Assembly: GCA_045653805.1 (NCBI GenBank)
Contig: JAZOMF010000075.1
Location: forward strand, 67,112-121,199
Direction of reading: 5' to 3'
DNA: 54,088 nucleotides
Source: Eubacteriales bacterium
GTDB taxonomy: Bacteria > Bacillota > Clostridia > Oscillospirales > CAG-272
Of the stretch, positions 28,103 to 36,495 are shown in pieces. Every line of letters begins with the position of its first letter. Within the stretch, counting starts at the first letter, position 1. A model generated the notes under the pieces. It did no database searches, was not told the DNA's origin, and was given only the letters and a program-made list of their open reading frames with translations. A program made the translations under genes and the position numbers.

Positions 28103-28131
28103 ATTTTACACCAAAAACTCTTATTTGTCAA
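28103..28131 (-). promoter_or_regulatory. Sigma-A promoter of LRR gene
   Basis: TTGACA-17 bp-TAAAAT on minus strand. Confidence 0.7.
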
Positions 28132-28335
28132 CCCCATTTGCGGAATTTGCCGTTTTTGATGCCTTTTTCGGTCTTTTGTAGCCCCCGAACAGCCTGTACT
28201 TTAATATATACGACAAGGGGAAAAATTATGATATTCTTTATTTTTTTGTTGCAAAATTTTTCTTGTTAACCATTTCTTAATTATTTTTTGATAAAATATA
28301 GTTATATTATATTGAATTAATTTGGAGAAAAAATT

Positions 28336-28779
28336 ATGAAAACTAAAGTTGAGATCAAAAAGCTTGATGAAAGAGCAATAATTCCGACATACGGCACCGA
28401 GTTTTCGGCAGGTGCTGACCTTTACGCGCTCCTTGACGAGCCTGCAATTATCGCTCCCGGCGAAACCAAGCTTATTCACACAGGAATCGCTATGGCTATC
28501 CCTGAATGTCTTGTAGGTCTTATTTTTGCCCGTAGCGGAATGGCTACCAAGCGCGGTCTTGCTCCCGCTAACAAGGTGGGCGTTATCGACAGCGACTACC
28601 GCGGCGAGATAATGGTTGCGCTTCACAATCACGGCACTGTATCCCAGAGCGTTGAGAGCGGAGAGAGAATTGCACAGATCTCATTTGTGCCTTTTTATGC
28701 CGCTGAATTTGACGTATGCGACGAGCTATCCGAAACGGTGCGCGGCGCAGGCGGCTTTGGCTCTACGGGAAGCAAGTAA
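28336..28779 (+). CDS. dut: dUTP diphosphatase
   Basis: SAGADL, ARSG, GVIDSDYRGE, ERIAQ, RGAGGFGSTG. Confidence 0.97.
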   Translation: MKTKVEIKKLDERAIIPTYGTEFSAGADLYALLDEPAIIAPGETKLIHTGIAMAIPECLVGLIFARSGMATKRGLAPANKVGVIDSDYRGEIMVALHNHGTVSQSVESGERIAQISFVPFYAAEFDVCDELSETVRGAGGFGSTGSK

Positions 28780-28793
28780 TTTTTCAAAAATCA

Positions 28794-28822
28794 TTGACTT
28801 TTGCCCGTTTTGGGGTTATAAT
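28794..28822 (+). promoter_or_regulatory. Sigma-A promoter of COG0523 pair
   Basis: TTGACT-17 bp-TATAAT. Confidence 0.65.
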
Positions 28823-28861
28823 TCTTTTGTTATATTTAATTTATATTAGAAAGGCGCAAAA

Positions 28862-29974
28862 ATGACTAAAATTGACATATTTTCGGGCTTTCTCGGTGCA
28901 GGAAAGACCACCCTTATCAAAAAGCTTATTGAAGAAGCCTATCACGGCGAAAAAATAGTTCTTATTGAGAACGAATTCGGCGAGATCGGTATTGATAGCG
29001 GATTCTTGGCTGAGGCGGGAATTAAGATCAACGAAATGAACTCGGGTTGTATCTGCTGCTCCCTCGTTGGCGACTTCGCACTTGCTCTCAAGAAGGTTAT
29101 TAACGAATACACCCCCGACCGCATTCTTATCGAGCCTTCGGGCGTTGGTAAGCTTTCCGACGTTATAAAGGCGGTCCAAAATGCAGACACCGAGGGCGCA
29201 GTTCTTAACGGATTTACCACCGTTGTTGACGCTAACAAGTGCAAAATGCACATGAAGAACTTTGGCGAGTTCTTTAACGATCAACTTGAGAATGCAGGCT
29301 GTATCGTACTCAGCCACACAGGAAAGATGACCGATCAGAAGATAGCAGATTGCGTAGCGCTTCTCAAAGAGCATAACGCTACCGCGGTTATCGTTTCTAC
29401 CCCTTGGGAGGAGCTTTCGGGCGCACAGCTTCTTGAGGCTATGGAGAGAAAATCCACCCTTGAAGCAGAAATGAACGAGCTTGCCGAGGAGGCACACGAG
29501 CATCACCATCATCACGGACATCACCACCACGGCGAGTGCTGTCACCACGATCACGATCATGAGCATCACCACCACGAGCACGGTGAGGAGTGCCACTGCC
29601 ACGAGCACGAGCATCACCATCACGAGCACGATGAGCACGGCAACTGCTCTTGCGGTCACCACCACGAGCACGGACACCACCATCACGCCGACGAGGTATT
29701 CGTAAGCTACGGTGCAGAAACCACCAAGAAGTTCAACGCCGACGCTCTCCGCGCGGCACTTGACGGCTTCACCGACACCGAAAAGTACGGAATGGTTCTG
29801 CGCGCAAAGGGAATTATCGCATCCGACGACGGTAGATGGATCCACTTCGACTACATCCCCGGCGAGAGCGACGTTCGTTTCGGCGGAGCCGCTGTTATCG
29901 GTCGCCTTTGCGTTATCGGATCCAAGCTTGATAAGAACGCCATCGGCGAGGCTTTGGGCGTCGAATTGGCTTGA
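28862..29974 (+). CDS. COG0523/CobW-family G3E metallochaperone GTPase with His-rich insert
   Basis: SGFLGAGKTT, ENEFG, GCICC, IEPSG, LRAKG, CVIG. Confidence 0.92.
   Translation: MTKIDIFSGFLGAGKTTLIKKLIEEAYHGEKIVLIENEFGEIGIDSGFLAEAGIKINEMNSGCICCSLVGDFALALKKVINEYTPDRILIEPSGVGKLSDVIKAVQNADTEGAVLNGFTTVVDANKCKMHMKNFGEFFNDQLENAGCIVLSHTGKMTDQKIADCVALLKEHNATAVIVSTPWEELSGAQLLEAMERKSTLEAEMNELAEEAHEHHHHHGHHHHGECCHHDHDHEHHHHEHGEECHCHEHEHHHHEHDEHGNCSCGHHHEHGHHHHADEVFVSYGAETTKKFNADALRAALDGFTDTEKYGMVLRAKGIIASDDGRWIHFDYIPGESDVRFGGAAVIGRLCVIGSKLDKNAIGEALGVELA
29495..29686 (+). repeat. His-rich low-complexity coding tract
   Basis: 64 codons, 36 His and 6 Cys by my count; CAC/CAT/GAG repeats. Confidence 0.9.
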
Positions 29975-29998
29975 TTTCATTGAGAAAGGTAGATTACA

Positions 29999-30949
29999 AT
30001 GGCACAACCTACTATTCCCGTATATCTTTTTACCGGCTTCCTTGAGGGCGGTAAAACCCACATAATTCAGGAGTCCATGGCAGACGAGCGCTTCAACACC
30101 GGTGAAAAGACCCTCATCATCCTCTGCGAGGAGGGAATTGAGGAGCTTGACGTTTCCGAATTTCCCTGCAAGAACATTTACTTTGCAACTCTTGATAGCG
30201 AAAGCGACGTTACCGCCGAAAAGCTGGAGGCTTGCCGCCAGGGTCACCTCATCGACCGTGTAATTATCGAATACAACGGCATGTGGCAGCTGGGCACACT
30301 CTACAACAATCTCCCCAAGGATTGGTTTATCTTCCAGAACATGATGTTTGCCGATGCAAACACCTTCTTCGCATACAATCAGAATATGAGAAGCCTTATG
30401 GTTGATAAGCTTATGTCCTGCGAGATGATCGTTCTCAACCGTACCCCCGACTCCATCGACAAGGACGAGGTTCACAAGATAGTTCGCGGAATTTCTCGCC
30501 GCGCTACCATCACCTACGATTATCCCGACGGCCACGTTGAATATGACGAGATTGAAGATCCTCTGCCTTTCGACATTGACGCGCCCGTTATCGTTATTGG
30601 TGACGATGATTACGCCGTTTGGTACAGAGACCTCACCGAAGAAATGGAAAAATACGAGGGCAAGACCGTTAAGTTCAGAGGCGTTGTTGCAAGAGATTTG
30701 CAGCTTGGTAAGGATGCTATCGTTATCGGTCGCCACGTTATGACCTGCTGTGTTGATGATATTGCATATAGCGGACTGGTTTGTAAGTTCAAGTCCAACG
30801 TTGCATACAAAAATTACGATTGGATCAACGTTCAAGGCAAAATCAAAATAGAAAAGAACCGTCTTTACGGCAGACCCGGTCCCGTGCTTTACGCTGAAAG
30901 TAGTGCATACACCGACAAGCCCGAAAAAGAGGTTGCAACCTTCTATTAA
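29999..30949 (+). CDS. CobW-like P-loop protein fused to a DUF1980/YcgQ-like C-terminal domain
   Basis: VYLFTGFLEGGKT, CEEG, IEYNGMW; C-terminal YEGKTVKFRG and GRHVMTCCVDD. Confidence 0.75.
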   Translation: MAQPTIPVYLFTGFLEGGKTHIIQESMADERFNTGEKTLIILCEEGIEELDVSEFPCKNIYFATLDSESDVTAEKLEACRQGHLIDRVIIEYNGMWQLGTLYNNLPKDWFIFQNMMFADANTFFAYNQNMRSLMVDKLMSCEMIVLNRTPDSIDKDEVHKIVRGISRRATITYDYPDGHVEYDEIEDPLPFDIDAPVIVIGDDDYAVWYRDLTEEMEKYEGKTVKFRGVVARDLQLGKDAIVIGRHVMTCCVDDIAYSGLVCKFKSNVAYKNYDWINVQGKIKIEKNRLYGRPGPVLYAESSAYTDKPEKEVATFY

Positions 30950-30956
30950 TAAAACA

Positions 30957-30990
30957 AAAAAGATCTTGGAATTGTTCCAAGGTCTTTTTT
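30957..30990 (+). terminator. Intrinsic terminator
   Basis: AAAAAGATCTTGGAA/TTCCAAGGTCTTTTTT. Confidence 0.8.
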
Positions 30991-31004
30991 CTTCAATAAA
31001 GTGT

Positions 31005-31031
31005 AACATATCCCACCTTTCGACATAAAAT
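31005..31031 (+). promoter_or_regulatory. Putative mother-cell (sigma-E/sigma-K type) promoter
   Basis: AACATA...CATAAAAT matches the CATAnnnT -10 element. Confidence 0.45.
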
Positions 31032-31083
31032 GGTATTGAGAAAAGCATTTTTGCTTTTCACCAAACATATAGGGGGAAAAATT

Positions 31084-31926
31084 ATGCAAGACAACAGATT
31101 TTCATGCGGCCCCGCTAAAGGCACGGAAACTGTTTGTATAGAGACTAACAGAATACTTGACTCGTGCAGAGACCGTGATTGCTTTGAAAACGCAAGAGTA
31201 TTTCTGACAGATTTCGGCAGGGAAATAATCGAGCACACCGGAAGCGTCAGAGTTAAGAGCGCCTGCATCGCAAAAACTCACATTAGCCTTGATCCCGTAC
31301 AGTTCAACAGAGGCTTTTACACCATCAACATCCGTTTCTACGTTAAGCTCGTATTTGAGGCGTGCATCGGAAACGGTCGCGCTCAAGAATTTGAGGGCAT
31401 CGCCGTACTTGATAAGAAGGTCATTCTTTACGGTGGCGATTGCAACGTAAGCACCTTCCGCGGCGGCGGAGACATCTCGGATTTCTGCGCCAGCGTTGAG
31501 CCCTGCTGCAAGGAAAACAATCTGCCCACCGCCGTTATCGAGGTAGCAGAGCCAATCGTTCTCGGAGTTAACGTGCTTGAGAGCATCAACGAGTGCTGCA
31601 ACTGCTGCTGTTGCTGCGCTCACGATATTCCCGAGGTAGTGGTAAACACTATGAACGGTCATCTTTGCCACGACGACGATGACGACAGAAGATTTTTGGC
31701 AGTATCCATCGGTATCTTCTCAATCGTGAGAATAGTTCGCGCGGGTCAGTTTATAATCTCAGCTACTGAGTACGTTATTCCTGACAAGGAGTGCATTTCG
31801 CCCTCCAACGATGATCCCTGCAGCGTTTTCCGCGCTATGGCATTCCCGATTTCCGAGTTTTCCTGCGCAACTGCGGCACAGCCTCCTCATCCTCACGGTG
31901 ATAAGGGCGGCAAGTGCGGTTGCTAA
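31084..31926 (+). CDS. Cysteine-rich hypothetical protein, probably spore coat/exosporium related
   Basis: ETVCIETNRILDSCRDRDC, ECCNCCCCC; ATG behind GGGGG; sporulation-type promoter. Confidence 0.7.
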   Translation: MQDNRFSCGPAKGTETVCIETNRILDSCRDRDCFENARVFLTDFGREIIEHTGSVRVKSACIAKTHISLDPVQFNRGFYTINIRFYVKLVFEACIGNGRAQEFEGIAVLDKKVILYGGDCNVSTFRGGGDISDFCASVEPCCKENNLPTAVIEVAEPIVLGVNVLESINECCNCCCCCAHDIPEVVVNTMNGHLCHDDDDDRRFLAVSIGIFSIVRIVRAGQFIISATEYVIPDKECISPSNDDPCSVFRAMAFPISEFSCATAAQPPHPHGDKGGKCGC

Positions 31927-31957
31927 ACTTCAAGATTCATGTGAAACAATAAAAATT

Positions 31958-31996
31958 GCGGTTGCGAACCCGAAAGGGACTCGCAACCGCTTTTTT
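31958..31996 (+). terminator. Intrinsic terminator
   Basis: GCGGTTGCGA/TCGCAACCGC plus T6. Confidence 0.9.
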
Positions 31997-32144
31997 GTCT
32001 AATAAAAATCTAATAAAAATTATAAAATGATAAAAATTTAGCTAAAATCAAATTTGTATATTGATTTTTTGTTTAAAAGTGTTATAATGATTATAGAATA
32101 TTATGATACTTGTATCAATTATTAAAGTTTACGGGGTAAATAAA

Positions 32145-32969
32145 ATGAAAAAAGTATGTGTTGTTACCGGTGCGGGCGGGGTACTCTGTGCAGAGTTCGC
32201 AAAGGAAATGTCCAAGAACGGCTATGCTGTAGCTCTTCTCGATCTCAACGAAGCTGCAGCTGCGGCTGTTGCAGATGAAATTTGCGCTGCAGGTGGAGTT
32301 GCAAAGGCTTATATGACCAACGTTCTTGATAAGGCTTGTATTGAGCAGGTTCACCAGAAGGTTCTTGCAGAGCTTGGCAAGTGCACAGTTCTCATTAACG
32401 GCGCAGGTGGAAACAGCCCTAAGGCTACTACTGCTCATGAGTATTTTGAGTCAGGTGACGAAAATCGCGATGACATCCTCACCTTCTTCAACCTCAATGA
32501 GGCAGGATTTGACTTTGTTTTCGATCTTAACATGAAGGGTGTGCTTCTTCCTACACAGGTGTTTGCCACCGATATGATCGGAGAGGAGGGATGTTCTATA
32601 ATCAACATTTCCTCTATGAATGCTTACACTCCCTTGACAAAGATTCCCGCATACAGCTCCGCAAAGGCAGCTGTTTCCAACTTTACTCAGTGGCTTGCAG
32701 TTCATTTTGCTAAAGAGGGAATTAGAGTTAACGGTATCGCTCCCGGCTTCTTCGCTACCAACCAGAACAGAGCTCTTCTTTTCAATCCCGACGGAACTCC
32801 CACCGCAAGAACCGGCAAGATCCTCGCCGCTACTCCTATGGGCAGATTCGGAGAAGCTCGCGAGCTTCTCGGCGTACTCAAGTTTTTGACCGACCCCGTT
32901 GCGGCATCCTTTGTAACAGGTACTGTGATCCCCGTAGACGGCGGATTCTCCGCATATTCCCGAGTATAA
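32145..32969 (+). CDS. SDR oxidoreductase, D-mannonate oxidoreductase (UxuB)-like
   Basis: VTGAGGVLC, LINGAGGN.P.ATT, NISSMNA.PLTKIPAYSSAK, PVDGGFSAY. Confidence 0.88.
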   Translation: MKKVCVVTGAGGVLCAEFAKEMSKNGYAVALLDLNEAAAAAVADEICAAGGVAKAYMTNVLDKACIEQVHQKVLAELGKCTVLINGAGGNSPKATTAHEYFESGDENRDDILTFFNLNEAGFDFVFDLNMKGVLLPTQVFATDMIGEEGCSIINISSMNAYTPLTKIPAYSSAKAAVSNFTQWLAVHFAKEGIRVNGIAPGFFATNQNRALLFNPDGTPTARTGKILAATPMGRFGEARELLGVLKFLTDPVAASFVTGTVIPVDGGFSAYSRV

Positions 32970-32982
32970 AAACAACTTTCAT

Positions 32983-33016
32983 ATAAAGACTGTCCTTGTA
33001 TAAGGGCAGTCTTTAT
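32983..33016 (+). terminator. Intrinsic terminator after SDR gene
   Basis: ATAAAGACTGTCCTT/AAGGGCAGTCTTTAT. Confidence 0.8.
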
Positions 33017-33066
33017 TGTTGGATGGAAAATAATAGTTATACTTATAAAACAAATTCAATGAATGC

Positions 33067-33095
33067 TTGACACAAGCTATTTGTTATGTTAAAAT
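33067..33095 (+). promoter_or_regulatory. Orphan sigma-A promoter with no downstream CDS
   Basis: TTGACA-17 bp-TAAAAT with TG extension. Confidence 0.7.
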
Positions 33096-33101
33096 TTAAC
33101 T

Positions 33102-33253
33102 ATAACAAAAACAAAGCAGAGCGACCCGAGAAGAGTCGGTCTGCTTAACGAGTTTATATAAAAATGTCCCCGAAAGAATGATAATAGGATTTTTGAGCAT
33201 TTTTCGTAAAAATCCATTCCCTAAATTATACAAAATTTTGATTTTGTATAATT
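33102..33253 (+). ncRNA. Candidate small non-coding RNA
   Basis: Follows orphan promoter; stems AAGCAGA/TCTGCTT with CGAC/GTCG, GGATTTTT/AAAAATCC and a 13-bp inverted repeat; no RBS-led ORF. Confidence 0.4.
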
Positions 33254-33366
33254 ATATATATTGATAAAAAAGTCTTCTCTTTTTGTCAATTTTCAGTATT
33301 TTTACAAAAAAACAGCTGATACTCGACAATATAGAGATTGGTGTCACTCTCTCTATTTATTTGTAA

Positions 33367-33630
33367 TTATATAATTCTCTTATCCTCGTACTTCTTTTTC
33401 GTAGCTTCGCCTCCACGCAGGTGACGTTCCTCCTTATTTTTTTCAAGAACACTTTTAACATCGAGATACAATGACTTATTAGTGTTTTTTAAAACCTGAG
33501 TTACATCTTTATGTACTGTGCTTTTACTTATCCCAAATCTTGTTGCGGTGGCACGTACAGTTGCATTGTTCTCAACGATATACAATCCCAATATCACACA
33601 ACGATCCTTACCGGACGCCAGATACATCAT
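33367..33630 (-). CDS. spoIIID: Stage III sporulation transcriptional regulator SpoIIID
   Basis: YIVENNATVRATA..FGISKSTVHKDVT, NKEERHLRGGEATKKKY. Confidence 0.96.
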   Translation of the reverse strand: MMYLASGKDRCVILGLYIVENNATVRATATRFGISKSTVHKDVTQVLKNTNKSLYLDVKSVLEKNKEERHLRGGEATKKKYEDKRII

Positions 33631-33665
33631 TACAGTTACCTCTCATTATATTTATTATATTGGTA

Positions 33666-33696
33666 ATATATATGACGCTCCGATTGTTAAAATACC
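33666..33696 (-). promoter_or_regulatory. Putative sigma-E promoter of spoIIID
   Basis: GGTATT-16 bp-CATATATAT on minus strand; spoIIID is sigma-E dependent in model sporulators. Confidence 0.45.
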
Positions 33697-33712
33697 TTTT
33701 AGGAGATATTAT

Positions 33713-34483
33713 ATGAACAACGATATTTCTAAATTTGACGTTTTTGAAGGCATCACCTCTATATCTGCCGTTATTAAATCCATTCGCGAGGGCTCCAGCG
33801 ACCGTATTATTGACACGGTATATTATGACGGCGCCCGCGCTGTTAAAAAATCCCATGAGCTGGGATTTTTAAAGCATGCAGCTGCTGAGCTTGGATTTAA
33901 ATTATCCTCCGCAGATGCAGAATTTATAGATTCATGTGTTTCGGGCAATACACACGGCGGACTTATCATGCTTTGCACAAAACGATCCCTCCTCAGCCTA
34001 AATGTTAATTTTTTAACAAACGCCGATTTCTTTGCCCTTATTGAAGGCATTGAAGATCCTTATAATTTCGGATACTCAGTTCGCTCTCTTTACGCCGCAG
34101 GAGTTGACGGAATAGTTCTTCCCGAGCGAAACTGGATGGAGCTTTCCGGCACTGTTGCCCGTTGCTCTGCCGGCACCAGCGAGCTTGCTAAAATAGCAAT
34201 TTCTGATCCTGAAGAAGCAGTAAAGCTATTTAAGGACAATGGTTTTGAGATAATTTGTGCAGGCATCCGAGATTCCGTTTCTCTTTATGAGCATGATTTT
34301 TCAAAGCCCACCTTGCTTATTGTCGGCGGCGAAAAGCGCGGCATTTCCCGTAAGATTTTGGATATGTCGGACGTAACGGTACGTATTCCCTACGGTCGTG
34401 AATTTATGGGTTCTCTTCCCTCCGCATCGGCAGTTTCGGTCATGGCTTTTGAAATAGCCAGCAAAAAAGGAAAATTGCGATAA
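33713..34483 (+). CDS. TrmH/SpoU-family RNA methyltransferase (RlmB-like paralogue)
   Basis: HGG, EGIEDPYNFG, SAG, VGGEKRG, IPY..SL; ATG 33713 behind AGGAG. Confidence 0.88.
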   Translation: MNNDISKFDVFEGITSISAVIKSIREGSSDRIIDTVYYDGARAVKKSHELGFLKHAAAELGFKLSSADAEFIDSCVSGNTHGGLIMLCTKRSLLSLNVNFLTNADFFALIEGIEDPYNFGYSVRSLYAAGVDGIVLPERNWMELSGTVARCSAGTSELAKIAISDPEEAVKLFKDNGFEIICAGIRDSVSLYEHDFSKPTLLIVGGEKRGISRKILDMSDVTVRIPYGREFMGSLPSASAVSVMAFEIASKKGKLR

Positions 34484-34521
34484 ATCTTTACAAAAAAGTT
34501 GCTTTTTATATTGCTTTTCAT

Positions 34522-34550
34522 TTGACTTTTTAACTTATTAATGTTATAAT
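34522..34550 (+). promoter_or_regulatory. Sigma-A promoter of proC
   Basis: TTGACT-17 bp-TATAAT with TG. Confidence 0.7.
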
Positions 34551-34585
34551 TAATTTAATAGTTTGTACTTTGAGAGGTTTATATC

Positions 34586-35410
34586 ATGTCTGGCAAAATT
34601 GCTTTTATCGGCGTTGGTAATATGGCTACTGCTACCCTTTTAGGTATTACTGCAAATTCCAAGGATATGTCTGACATAGTTCTTTTCAACAGACACGTTG
34701 AAAAGATCGAAAAATACAGATCTCTTGGCGCTCATATCGCCCTTACCTTAAAGGAAGCAGTTGAGAGCGCTGATTACATTATGCTTTGTGTCAAGCCCCA
34801 AAGCTTTCCCGAGATACTTCCCCTGCTTTCCGACTGCGATGATGTATCAAAAAAGGTTTTCATAAGCATGGCGGCAGGTATTTCCGCCGAAACTGTATCA
34901 CAAGCCACTGGAGGAGCCGCGGTTATAAGAGTTATGCCCAATACTCCTATGCTTATAGGAAAAGGTGTGATTGCGGCTTGCAGGAACGAAAAGGTTAACA
35001 ACGCAGATTTCGATTACGTTTGCAATATTTTCGCTTCTTCCGGAAGTGTTGTAAAAATTGACGAGTCAGAAATGAACAGAATCATTTGTGTTACGGGCTC
35101 TTCTCCCGCATACGTATTTATGATGATAAAGGCTATGTATGAGGGGGCGCAGGCACAAGGCCTCTGCGGTGATGGTGCAAGCCTTAACGAAAAAGAGATC
35201 ACAGATGCTATATGCGACACCATTATTGGCGCGGCAGAGCTTATGAAGAGCGGAACTAAAACTCCCGATGAGCAGATTTCAACCGTAGCTTCCAAAGGCG
35301 GAACTACCGAAAGAGCTATTGCTGAGCTTGAACGATTTGATTTTTGTAAGGCTATCGTCAGCGCAATGGATAAGTGTACTCAAAGAGCCGACGAATTAGG
35401 CAAACAATAA
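34586..35410 (+). CDS. proC: Pyrroline-5-carboxylate reductase
   Basis: FIGVGNM, CVKPQ, SMAAG, RVMPNTP, GSSPAY, VASKGGTT. Confidence 0.95.
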   Translation: MSGKIAFIGVGNMATATLLGITANSKDMSDIVLFNRHVEKIEKYRSLGAHIALTLKEAVESADYIMLCVKPQSFPEILPLLSDCDDVSKKVFISMAAGISAETVSQATGGAAVIRVMPNTPMLIGKGVIAACRNEKVNNADFDYVCNIFASSGSVVKIDESEMNRIICVTGSSPAYVFMMIKAMYEGAQAQGLCGDGASLNEKEITDAICDTIIGAAELMKSGTKTPDEQISTVASKGGTTERAIAELERFDFCKAIVSAMDKCTQRADELGKQ

Positions 35411-35433
35411 AAATTATAAAGGATGTTGTAAAA

Positions 35434-36441
35434 TTGAACACCAAAAAGAAAAAATTCAAATTATTCGACCTTAACCGAGATGGTAAAGGCGTTGACCCCG
35501 GTGAGGATACCACCCCAAATCTTAAATTCTTTTTTAAGCAATTCGGGCGCAAATTCTCCAAAATAATTTCGATTAACATACTGATGATCTTTCAGATCAT
35601 TCCCCTACTTATTTGCGCATATCTTTACATATTCGCAATGCCCAAAACTCCTTCCTTGAATTACCCTGAGTTTGCGGCACTTTTTGGAGTACAGGAGGCT
35701 ACTACCACACTTGTAGGCTCGCTTAATCTGAATCTCTTATCGTATCAGCTTCCCTTCGCTACCTATAACGGCACGTATATTTATTTCATAATCGCAGGAA
35801 TTCTCTTGGTTTACGTGCTCACCTATGGATGGCAAAAGGTGGGTTCTATTTACGTCACCCGTGGACTTGTGCGCGGAGACAGTGTATTTGTATTCTCAGA
35901 TTATTTCTACGCCATCAAGAAGAATTTCAAGCAGGGTCTTATCCTTGGTATAATCGACTGTGTTATTATGGGAACCCTGGCATATAACCTGATATATTTT
36001 TTCAATACACCCTCTACCGGATTTTCAGATTTCATCTACGTTATGACGATCGCTTTGATCATCATTTATATCATCTTCCGTTTCTACACCTATCTTATGA
36101 TAGTAACCTTTAACATTAAGATAACCAAGGCATTCAAAAATGCGCTGATATTTACTGTTTTGGGTATAAAGAGAAACATTCTGGCGCTTGTGGGTCTTGC
36201 TATAGTTACTGCAATAGCCGTTGTGCCTATGATCCTGCTCGTTCAGTTTGGACTTGGAATTGCAATAGTTCTTCCCCTTATATACTACCTGGGCGTTTGC
36301 GCATTTATCTACACATATGCCGCATATCCCGTAATCAAAAAGTATATGATCGACCCTGTGGATAACGCAAATACAGGAAAATCCCATGATGCAGAAGACA
36401 ATTCCGACGATACTCTCGCCATTGAAAGCGGAGATGAATAA
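35434..36441 (+). CDS. YesL/DUF624-family membrane protein
   Basis: Multiple TM helices; DYFYAIKKNFKQG and KAFKNAL motifs; TTG start behind AAAGGA. Confidence 0.72.
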   Translation: MNTKKKKFKLFDLNRDGKGVDPGEDTTPNLKFFFKQFGRKFSKIISINILMIFQIIPLLICAYLYIFAMPKTPSLNYPEFAALFGVQEATTTLVGSLNLNLLSYQLPFATYNGTYIYFIIAGILLVYVLTYGWQKVGSIYVTRGLVRGDSVFVFSDYFYAIKKNFKQGLILGIIDCVIMGTLAYNLIYFFNTPSTGFSDFIYVMTIALIIIYIIFRFYTYLMIVTFNIKITKAFKNALIFTVLGIKRNILALVGLAIVTAIAVVPMILLVQFGLGIAIVLPLIYYLGVCAFIYTYAAYPVIKKYMIDPVDNANTGKSHDAEDNSDDTLAIESGDE

Positions 36442-36460
36442 ACACTAATTGCTAATAAGT

Positions 36461-36495
36461 AAAGCTCCGAGAATCTTAATTCTCGGAGCTTTTTT
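36461..36495. terminator. Bidirectional terminator
   Basis: AAAGCTCCGAGA/TCTCGGAGCTTT. Confidence 0.8.

Noticed and set aside
29495-29686. CAC/GAG repeats as a possible CRISPR array or VNTR
   Set aside because: In-frame His-rich coding tract with no constant repeat-spacer structure and no cas genes
28841-31048. 735-aa ORF on the minus strand spanning both COG0523 genes
   Set aside because: Antisense shadow of genes with biased codon usage; the Val/Met/Leu run is the reverse complement of the His tract; no recognisable motifs
31998-32019. Tandem TCTAATAAAAA x2
   Set aside because: Short AT-rich duplication, probably slippage, with no supporting context
33164-33181. Mini-ORF MSPKE* downstream of the orphan promoter
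   Set aside because: No Shine-Dalgarno sequence and only five codons
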